Positions 37,588 through 45,283 of a stretch of 64,000 nucleotides of DNA are shown here, piece after piece; within the stretch, counting starts at the first letter, position 1; every line of letters begins with the position of its first letter. The stretch is taken from positions 255,408-319,407 of the forward strand of contig JANJXX010000001.1 of assembly GCA_024720975.1 (NCBI GenBank), read 5' to 3'. The DNA comes from Thermoproteota archaeon. GTDB taxonomy: Archaea; Asgardarchaeota; Njordarchaeia; Njordarchaeales; Panguiarchaeaceae. The translations under genes and the position numbers were made by a program. A model generated the notes under the pieces. That model was not told where the DNA came from. It ran no database searches and saw only the letters and a list, made by a program, of their open reading frames with translations.

Positions 37588-39186
37588 CTAGCAGATCTTC
37601 TTGACCATATAAGGACCCTCAAGCTTATAGCCAAAGCGCCTATAGTATTCCCTAACACCAATTCCACTTAATACAGCGACCTTGACAGCGTCGAAGTCTT
37701 CCGCAGCTACAAGCTCTGCTTCTTTAAGCAGAGAAGCCCCTAATCCTCTATGCTGGGCGCTTTCAGGTTTCCTTTCTCCAATTGGTACCAGAGGTCCGTA
37801 GACATGTAACTCCCTAACGATGGCTGTATTGTGGTTTATTTCAGGTCTATGAGATAAATCTGATGGAATCCTAAGCCTAAGCATGCCAAATATGACATCA
37901 CTCCTCACATCTTCATACGATAGGAAGATCTCAGTACCCATAGATGCCTTGTATTTTCTCTTAACTAACCGGACCTTGCTTATATCAAGTGCGTATCCTT
38001 CCTTTAAAGCTTTGTGACCAACTTCACGACATCTTATACACCTGCAGTGCCAACCTAGCTTTCCCATGTATCTTTTAACAACATCACGAAGGTTTCCGAA
38101 GGAGTATCCTGTTTCAATCAGGTATGTAGGTATATCTCTCTGAACTCTTTGGACTCGTATCCAAGGAGGGAGAAGCTTCTTTATCCTAGCCAATAATTCG
38201 ATTAGTTTCTCCTCAGGATACGGTCTATATTCCCCGCGTAACCACATATCGTATAGTTTAGTACCCGCTACAACAACTGTCGGGTATATCTTTATCATGT
38301 CAGGTCTGAAGTCAGGATCCTCAATTAACATCATAAAGTCCTTAAAGTCTCTTTCCGGACTAGGATCAGGCGGAAGATTGGGCATCATATGAGCTACAAT
38401 CTTGAAACCAGCATCTTTGGCTATCCGAAACGCTCTTTTAGTACATTCTACGTCATGTCCTCTTTTGACAAATTCTAGGACATCATCGAAGAGACTTTGA
38501 ACACCGATTTCTATCCGCGTCGCACCATAGCGAAGGAATTCATCAACATGATATTCAAGACAATAATCAGGTCTCGTTTCGAACGTCAGTTCTACGAGAC
38601 GTCTCGGCGAGGTTTCTAGTGCTTTTTTTAATTCCTCCAGGGAGGAACATAGGCCTCTACGACCTAGGATTCCTTCATAGATTCCCTTCATGAACTCGTC
38701 GCGGTAATCTTTAGGAAGAGCTATAAATGTACCACCCATAACTATAACGCTGATCTTGTCTGGTGGATGGCCTAGACGTTCTATATGTTGCACTCTACGA
38801 ACTATTTGCAGGAATGGGTCATAGTTTAGTTCAGCTGCACGTCTAGCGGCTGGTTCATGACCTGAGTAACTTTTTGGACTTGGGATTGGAGAGAAACCAG
38901 GTCCACCTGGGCAATAGATACAAGAGCCAGGACACCCAGCTGGCTCTGTAAAGACTGAGACTACTATTATTCCCGATATACTTCTTACTGGCTTAGATAA
39001 TATTTTAATCTTCTTTCTTGAGCTAGCATTTAGCCTAGAGAGTATTTCGTGATCTTTGGGAACAAAATTAGCTCGTAGCCTCTTAGCTACATCTACCTTG
39101 ATGCGCTGCAGTAAGTTTTTGTCCACGCTTTCATATTTTTGAAGCTCCCTGATGATTTCTGATATCACCAATTCTCTCTGAGCCAT
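37588..39186 (-). CDS. elp3: tRNA U34 carboxymethylation enzyme Elp3 (radical SAM + KAT)
   Basis: CPGSCIYCPGG, PKSYSGHEP, ETRPD, KIYPT, RELHVYG, QHRGLG and SGIGVREYY. Confidence 0.97.
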   Translation of the reverse strand: MAQRELVISEIIRELQKYESVDKNLLQRIKVDVAKRLRANFVPKDHEILSRLNASSRKKIKILSKPVRSISGIIVVSVFTEPAGCPGSCIYCPGGPGFSPIPSPKSYSGHEPAARRAAELNYDPFLQIVRRVQHIERLGHPPDKISVIVMGGTFIALPKDYRDEFMKGIYEGILGRRGLCSSLEELKKALETSPRRLVELTFETRPDYCLEYHVDEFLRYGATRIEIGVQSLFDDVLEFVKRGHDVECTKRAFRIAKDAGFKIVAHMMPNLPPDPSPERDFKDFMMLIEDPDFRPDMIKIYPTVVVAGTKLYDMWLRGEYRPYPEEKLIELLARIKKLLPPWIRVQRVQRDIPTYLIETGYSFGNLRDVVKRYMGKLGWHCRCIRCREVGHKALKEGYALDISKVRLVKRKYKASMGTEIFLSYEDVRSDVIFGMLRLRIPSDLSHRPEINHNTAIVRELHVYGPLVPIGERKPESAQHRGLGASLLKEAELVAAEDFDAVKVAVLSGIGVREYYRRFGYKLEGPYMVKKIC

Positions 39187-39290
39187 ATTTGAACACTTTT
39201 GGGCACTTTACTGTAGCAATCAACCGTTGCCTCTAGATAATAGGATATATTTAATAGCTTCTGCACCTATTATATTATTCCTTAAGTCTG

Positions 39291-39364
39291 TGGGCATAGG
39301 GTATGAGGATCAGGGCCCTATATGAAATCCAATGATTCAATGGCACCGAGTACCGACCCGCCCA
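39291..39364 (+). ncRNA. Putative C/D-box sRNA with degenerate boxes
   Basis: TGGGC/GCCCA and GGG/CCC terminal pairing; C-like ATGAGGA, 12-nt guide TCAGGGCCCTAT, D'-like ATGA, C'-like ATGATT, D-like CCGA. Confidence 0.5.
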
Positions 39365-39390
39365 AAACGGAGGCGGTTTGAATCGTAAGT

Positions 39391-40140
39391 TTAATCCTCA
39401 ATAAATAAATCAAGCTTCTGCCCTTTCTTTCCTAGAACCCTATCTATAGTTTCTTGTGAAAGAAGCACTTGAAGAAAGGCCCTTGAGTCACGCAGAAGCT
39501 CTCTGAAGTTTTTGGTTCCTATCTGTTTCGCAAGAAAACTCATAGCCCTAAGTACATAATTTACGACACTGATGCAAAGCTCCAGTCCATAATCTGTGAG
39601 CTTAAATGCTTTTCGGACCATATGATGGGTTGGTGGAATAACTAAGATGTTTGATTTTGATGTCATGTACGCGTCAGATATAATTATAACAGGCTTCGTT
39701 GCTGGTAAGTGATATTCAAGATCTAGTACTTTCAATATTTTATGGTTTAAGCATATTATCGCAGTATCGAAGTCCTGCTCGATCATGTCGTATATCTTGT
39801 TTTTCACCTGAAACCTCTCAAACAAAATTTCTAGCTCCGGTACGCTTAAATTATCGAAGCACTCCTTGATGCTTATCACATAGTCTTCCTCACTTATAAC
39901 TCCATATGGTGTCACTAGGTACAATAGAACCTTCTCGCCAGTGCTCTCTAGTCGCATTACCGCTCTTTGCAGCCTAGTGAACACTGAGTTGTACAAGGCA
40001 CTAGCTACTGAGGGAATATAGCGACCCTCATCCCTAAGCCTTGCTAGGAAGCTGTATATATCCACTTCATCGATATCCCAGACGCTTATCTTGCCTTTAA
40101 TTCCCTCTATACATGGCGATTCAAGGATGACTATATGCAC
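39391..40140 (-). CDS. Hypothetical protein, weak YaaA/DUF6884-like similarity
   Basis: ASALYNS...LYLVTPYGVISEEDYV resembles the A..LY.G...I.S..YG.I pattern of that family. Confidence 0.4.
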   Translation of the reverse strand: MHIVILESPCIEGIKGKISVWDIDEVDIYSFLARLRDEGRYIPSVASALYNSVFTRLQRAVMRLESTGEKVLLYLVTPYGVISEEDYVISIKECFDNLSVPELEILFERFQVKNKIYDMIEQDFDTAIICLNHKILKVLDLEYHLPATKPVIIISDAYMTSKSNILVIPPTHHMVRKAFKLTDYGLELCISVVNYVLRAMSFLAKQIGTKNFRELLRDSRAFLQVLLSQETIDRVLGKKGQKLDLFIED

Positions 40141-40151
40141 CAGAATTCCCT

Positions 40152-40727
40152 CTATAGGTTTATGAAGCTTATGCCCCTTCCAAGCTGTTGAACCACTTTA
40201 CTTTTTTTAGTTGATACTATAGAAAACCATATGAGAAAGATACTTAAGTAATGCGCTATGCCTGCATAAGGAGAATTTTTTATCCAAATTTGCCTCAAAA
40301 TGGGGGGTATACACATAAATGGCGCCCCACCTGTTTCTCTATCGATGATTCTCCTGAACATGAGGTCTTCCTTAGATGTTGGATCATCCGCAAGTCTAGG
40401 TAAAGCTCGTGGATATGTTCTCGGGCATAAAATTGATATTGTAATCTTTTTAAACTGGTCTGAGTGCTCTTCGCCAAGTAGTTTGGTACAGTCAACATCA
40501 ACAAGAAATTTTCCGCCCTTGACATACCTAAGATTTTCAAAAGGTATGTTTTGATTAAACTTTTTCCATGCGGCAAAGGCACTTATCTCTTCTTTAACAC
40601 GGTTGGGGTCCTCTGCAGGGTGTTTATCCACATATATCAATGGTATTTCATCTAGAAAATTCCAGTATCCAACTATGTTTATTCTCAATTCTATTCTCAA
40701 CACGTGAGAGTTACTCATGATTCCCAC
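40152..40727 (-). CDS. UFC1-like ubiquitin-fold-modifier conjugating enzyme (E2)
   Basis: Colinear motifs EIP, RVKEE, CPRTYPRALP, GG..MC139, IWIKNSPYAGIAH and FLIW match eukaryotic UFC1 as recalled. Start may be ATG at 40718. Confidence 0.78.
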   Translation of the reverse strand: MGIMSNSHVLRIELRINIVGYWNFLDEIPLIYVDKHPAEDPNRVKEEISAFAAWKKFNQNIPFENLRYVKGGKFLVDVDCTKLLGEEHSDQFKKITISILCPRTYPRALPRLADDPTSKEDLMFRRIIDRETGGAPFMCIPPILRQIWIKNSPYAGIAHYLSIFLIWFSIVSTKKSKVVQQLGRGISFINL

Positions 40728-41098
40728 TATTTACCTTTTAGTATCGCTTGAGGGGTAATGAGTGTGTACTTCGCTTGCCTGCCACATAGATCGCATTTAG
40801 GCATCTTCGGTTTTCTTCTTGGCCATAGGAGCCACTTATGTTTCGGCGAGATTGACGTTAAGCTTTCAAGACAAAACTCACATATTGTTATTCCTAACTT
40901 AGCCGGTATCATAATGAAGCTCGCATCATGTAACTTGCACACATCACATTTAGTTATGTCTTTAAATATAGGTCGAGGTACTATAAAAGCTGACGCTGCA
41001 AAGCCGAGTAGCGTTAATAGTTCGATACACTTCTTGCAAACTCTGAGGGGCATATCAAGCTCTTTCCTGTCCTCTACTACTATACTCAAATCGAGCAC
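40727..41098 (-). CDS. Double zinc-finger protein (4 x CxxC)
   Basis: CKKC..CDVC and CEFC..CDLC form two similar repeats. The stop overlaps the GTG at the start of the E2 ORF. Confidence 0.65.
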   Translation of the reverse strand: MLDLSIVVEDRKELDMPLRVCKKCIELLTLLGFAASAFIVPRPIFKDITKCDVCKLHDASFIMIPAKLGITICEFCLESLTSISPKHKWLLWPRRKPKMPKCDLCGRQAKYTLITPQAILKGK

Positions 41099-41297
41099 CA
41101 GATTTTTCTACTTAACTAAGCTCACTAAGTACCTATTAGATTGAATATTGAGAATAGCTTTACTAATACATAATGCATAAATTCAGAATGATGACACCTT
41201 ACCTTATATAAAGGGCTGATTAAATCTTTTAACTCCCTTTAAAAATAGCTTGAGCCCCGAATATCATCAGCTATCTCTTAGTCTGGGTGCTAAGTGA

Positions 41298-43352
41298 ATG
41301 CTAATAAAGCTCTGGGAGCGAAGATTCGACTCTGAGATCAGGGGTATTCATGTAGCTGATATAAATTCTGATGGACTTGATGAAGTGATCTTAGCCAGCC
41401 ACGATTCTAGGATATATGCAATCTCACATAATAAGGTTTTGTGGTCAACTGAAGAACAAGAGTTTCCCGGTGAGAATGTTACGGTTATTAAAACATCCAT
41501 GGGAAAGCCCTACCGCATCGTTGGTTCTTTTCATAAGGAGTTGATATACTTCGATTTAGAGGGAAAAAAACTCCATAAGACATCATTATCCTCCTGGATT
41601 GTGCGTCTGATCAATATCGGTCCTAGTAAGTATGGCATTGATGCACTACTAGCAGTAGACCTCAGGGGAACAATTTATTGCGTTGATCCAGAGGGGAATA
41701 TTTCATGGAGACTTGAAAAGGCGTTTCAAGAGAACAGTCTTAACCGTATGCTATATGGAATAGCTGTTGATAATGAGTTACAAAGAATTTTTCTAGCTGA
41801 TAGGCATGAAATTAAGGTAATAGACTTCGATGGAACTCTAAGACAAACTAAGAGTATAACCCGCGAGGATATTCATGGAATAGCGATAGTTAATATCGTT
41901 CAAGAGAGCCACCACAAAGTAAAGATGCTCGCTGTTGGAACAAGAGGGGGAGTTATCCTCCTTGATCTTGTCACTCTAAAGGAATTGGCGAGGACTGATC
42001 TTGGTTCTAAAAGAGAAACCCGTGTACTGCTATCATGTGACATCAACAGCGACATGAACGATGAAGTATTCATAGGCTCTTGGTCCGAGGATCAAGTGAT
42101 TGTCCTGGAATACAATGAGAAAGAGAAAAAGCTGAAGGAAATAGCAAAATACAACATTGAAGGAAATCCACTCTGCATCCTAGCTGGCGATTTTCGCGGC
42201 TGTTTTCAGAAGGAGATTGTTATCGGAACTGATGGGGATCGCGCCTATGCAGTAATCTGGCCTAAAGACGTTATTGAGCTCGAGGCTAGCGTCTCATTGC
42301 ACAGCATTTGTTTTGGAAATACCTTAGGATATGGTCCACAGGACATTTTACTTAGGTCTAACAAGGAAACAATGACTTGCTATTCTTTTGTTCCGCGCGT
42401 GTGGTCAAAACTCAATAACTTTAATACTCTTGAGGGCATGCTGTATGCAATAATACCATCAACTGCAAAGATTAAGACCGATAAAGTTGTTATACTTGAT
42501 ACGAAAAATCGAAAGGTAGCCAGCGCATCTCTTGATAAGAAAAAGATATCACTTTGTGAGATACCATTTAAGGCAGCGTATAAAGGAGGTATATCCGAAC
42601 TTACTGTTGAAGTTGACAACAAAGCGCTTCTGAGAAGTTTTATTTTAGTCCCAGACACTGGTAAATTGACGGTGCTTACTAGGAGCCTTGCCTTGGCCGA
42701 AGAGGACATTATCACTATAGATGATATAAAAGTCGATAAAAAAGAACTAGAGGTCAAATCCAGAGGACTCGAAATAGTCAAAACCCTTGTCAAGGACAAC
42801 AAACTTAAGCTAGGGGTGGTAAGGAACACTAGTGATATAGCCCGCGTGGAAATTTCAGTGTACTCTTACAACGAGCAAAACAAAGAGAGACAAATGATGC
42901 TAAAATACAATTTCATGGTAGTTCCATTGGAAACATTACGTGCTGAGTTACAAATTGATGAGATGATCACTACCGAAGACGCTATAACTCTCCATTTGCG
43001 GAATAACTCTGGAAAAGAGATACCATACAATATCATCAGCGATGGTCCCCTCAATATTAAAGCTTCTGGCGAGCTTTTGCCCCATTCAGAGAAACCCGTG
43101 AAACTTACAATTTCAGTAAAATCTGATGAACTGCAGATTGAAGTAAACCAGGTTCTAGATCTAACGTATGGAGATTACTTAAGGAGGACAATCAAAATCC
43201 CGATTAGATCTCGCGTACTGAATGTAAGCGCTATCAATGAGCGCGCTAGACGGATATATGCGGCTACCAAAGACCTAAGAGTCGTTTTCGAGACTCTGAG
43301 TAAAGATTTGAATTTGTCCGAAGAAGTTCTTAAGAAGGTCGTAAGATTGTAG
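41298..43352 (+). CDS. Cytoplasmic FG-GAP/VCBS-type beta-propeller protein with C-terminal beta-sandwich domains
   Basis: ADINSDGLDEVILAS, CDINSDMNDEVFIGS and AGDFRGCFQKEIVIGT blades; no signal peptide or TM segment. Confidence 0.7.
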   Translation: MLIKLWERRFDSEIRGIHVADINSDGLDEVILASHDSRIYAISHNKVLWSTEEQEFPGENVTVIKTSMGKPYRIVGSFHKELIYFDLEGKKLHKTSLSSWIVRLINIGPSKYGIDALLAVDLRGTIYCVDPEGNISWRLEKAFQENSLNRMLYGIAVDNELQRIFLADRHEIKVIDFDGTLRQTKSITREDIHGIAIVNIVQESHHKVKMLAVGTRGGVILLDLVTLKELARTDLGSKRETRVLLSCDINSDMNDEVFIGSWSEDQVIVLEYNEKEKKLKEIAKYNIEGNPLCILAGDFRGCFQKEIVIGTDGDRAYAVIWPKDVIELEASVSLHSICFGNTLGYGPQDILLRSNKETMTCYSFVPRVWSKLNNFNTLEGMLYAIIPSTAKIKTDKVVILDTKNRKVASASLDKKKISLCEIPFKAAYKGGISELTVEVDNKALLRSFILVPDTGKLTVLTRSLALAEEDIITIDDIKVDKKELEVKSRGLEIVKTLVKDNKLKLGVVRNTSDIARVEISVYSYNEQNKERQMMLKYNFMVVPLETLRAELQIDEMITTEDAITLHLRNNSGKEIPYNIISDGPLNIKASGELLPHSEKPVKLTISVKSDELQIEVNQVLDLTYGDYLRRTIKIPIRSRVLNVSAINERARRIYAATKDLRVVFETLSKDLNLSEEVLKKVVRL

Positions 43353-43447
43353 TACCATTAGAATAAACCGACAAACAAATTAGCACTCGAACTAAAACAC
43401 ATAAGGATTGTATTGTATATGTCGTGTAAAGAGATACATGACTAATT

Positions 43448-43825
43448 CTATGCTGCTATCTTTAAATGAACCCAAACATCGTTGGGTACAGGAAGAGCGG
43501 CGATTAGTGCCAGATCTCTCGACGAAATCTCGCAAACAATTAGACGCCTATGAATACTCAATGCGAAGTGGTCAAATGTATCTGACCCCTGTCCACAGGG
43601 AGTCCGGCGAGCATGCACCCAAAGTCGCTTTGTTGGCAGTCTAACAAAGCTAACCTTATAGTTCCTAGTTTTAAGTGCTTGAACAATAGCATTTGCAAAT
43701 TTGTCTAATGAGTTATAATCGAGTCCTATGAGCTTTATATGGACAGGTTTTGCGTGCTTAGTTCTAGTGGATGGTCTTCGATGCATGGGTCTCCTTTCTC
43801 CTCTTTGTTGTTGTTGGCTTTGCAA
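43448..43825 (-). CDS. rps10: 30S ribosomal protein uS10
   Basis: RLPTKRL, RRTPCGQGSDTFDHF and IHRRLI. TTG start at 43825 with GGGGTG SD. Confidence 0.95.
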   Translation of the reverse strand: MQSQQQQRGERRPMHRRPSTRTKHAKPVHIKLIGLDYNSLDKFANAIVQALKTRNYKVSFVRLPTKRLWVHARRTPCGQGSDTFDHFALSIHRRLIVCEISSRDLALIAALPVPNDVWVHLKIAA

Positions 43826-43907
43826 ACTTAAACACCCCAGTATGATATCACATTGATTGCATTTTAATATTATTAAAAGTCTCCGAGAGATTTTAGGCGA
43901 TATGTAA

Positions 43908-44339
43908 TTGCCTGCAAGAAAGAATGAGATCATTACAGACTTTCATAAACTGTGGGCAAAGATCGTTGAGGAGTTAAAAGAAGAGGAAAGTTGTGTCGTT
44001 GTTGAGGGTATTAAAGATAAGAAAATTCTTCTCATGATCGGTATACCACCCAACAAGATAATTTGCGTCAGTTGCAGCAAGTTAGATCATATTGTCAATA
44101 AGATCTCTTTGAGATTTAAACGTACCTACTTGTTATTAGACCGCGATGCCAGAGGACGACAGAAGATGCATATTCTTAGACGAATGCTTGAACAAAATCG
44201 TATCGAAGCTATAGATTTATGGGAGCATATTTTCTATCCCCTCAAAATACGTGGTTTCAAATCGATTAGAAAAGTTGAAGAAATGAAAAAGATTGCACTC
44301 ATCATAAGCGAAAACACACGATACTGCGACACAGACTAG
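43908..44339 (+). CDS. Small Toprim-domain protein (RNase M5-like)
   Basis: VVVEGIKDKKIL and LLLDRDARG Toprim motifs. Confidence 0.85.
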   Translation: MPARKNEIITDFHKLWAKIVEELKEEESCVVVEGIKDKKILLMIGIPPNKIICVSCSKLDHIVNKISLRFKRTYLLLDRDARGRQKMHILRRMLEQNRIEAIDLWEHIFYPLKIRGFKSIRKVEEMKKIALIISENTRYCDTD

Positions 44340-44347
44340 CCGTAATC

Positions 44348-44998
44348 TTACTGGGGATTCCGCTTTAAGGAGGTAAAACTTCGACCAGCCAGCAGTAAAT
44401 TAATGCACTCCTTATTGGTGTACTTTCCGTCTTCGAATTTTGCCAGACATATTTTCCTGACCCTTGAAATTCTCTCGATTCTAAGGAAGTTGAAACCGAA
44501 CTTTAGATAGTATTTGAACCAAAAAGGTCTTCCTTGGTATACATTCTCGATGGTAGTCACTATAAAGACGCAGCCAAGCACTTCCGAAAATATCTTGCCC
44601 AGTAATAGGAATTTAGATATTTTCTTTTCCATTTCCATGCTGCCAGTATGTTTTATAAGCGCATCGCGGGGAACTATATCATCTATCAATATAGCCACAT
44701 TTGGCTTTGTAACGCCATTTTTATTAATCTCATCCAGTACCTCAAGTAGCGTTTCTCTAAGTAAGTTAGAATATTCATTAAGGGAAACATCTTCGTAAGC
44801 GCAAATTAATTTGATTCCCTTGGGAACACTGCTGAGTTCTTCCCTTACGATCATAAAAACCCTATAGTTCAAATATTCAACTAAAAATCTAGCAAGTGCA
44901 AGAAGAAGGGCTGATTTACCGACTCCACGCTCACCAAAGATAACCAGAGGGGAGTATTCCAGTACACTCTTTAAGAAGTTTTCGAACTCTAGCTGCAA
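44348..44998 (-). CDS. Short RecA-like P-loop ATPase
   Basis: Walker A GERGVGKS and Walker B ILIDD. Confidence 0.65.
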   Translation of the reverse strand: MQLEFENFLKSVLEYSPLVIFGERGVGKSALLLALARFLVEYLNYRVFMIVREELSSVPKGIKLICAYEDVSLNEYSNLLRETLLEVLDEINKNGVTKPNVAILIDDIVPRDALIKHTGSMEMEKKISKFLLLGKIFSEVLGCVFIVTTIENVYQGRPFWFKYYLKFGFNFLRIERISRVRKICLAKFEDGKYTNKECINLLLAGRSFTSLKRNPQ

Positions 44999-45039
44999 GC
45001 GAGTAACCTTGTTGTTTTGGTTGCACTATTTTAGCGAAG

Positions 45040-45113
45040 TGGGGGGTGTGGGATTCGAACCCACGACCACTGGCGCCCAAGGCCAGCATCCTTCCTGGCT
45101 AGACTAACCCCCC
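45040..45113 (-). tRNA. tRNA-Pro(TGG)
   Basis: GGGGGGT...CTGGC-CTTGGGC-GCCAG...ACCCCCC-A. Confidence 0.95.
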
Positions 45114-45283
45114 ATAGCATGCATTGGGCAATTTCAATTCCTTCTAAAACCACCTTCGGTACCATACTATAAATATTGTTGTAACTCTCTTGATAATTTA
45201 AAGTTAAGACTTGATTATAAATGACGGTTGTATAAAACTGCCCAGCCAATCTTCAACATGTCATCAATTATGGTGTTTCTATC

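Noticed and set aside
39391-43352. A UFM1/ubiquitin-like modifier or E1 gene adjacent to the UFC1-like gene
   Set aside because: No small beta-grasp ORF ending in VG/GG and no ThiF motif was found among the listed ORFs or short intergenic gaps; if present it lies outside this window.
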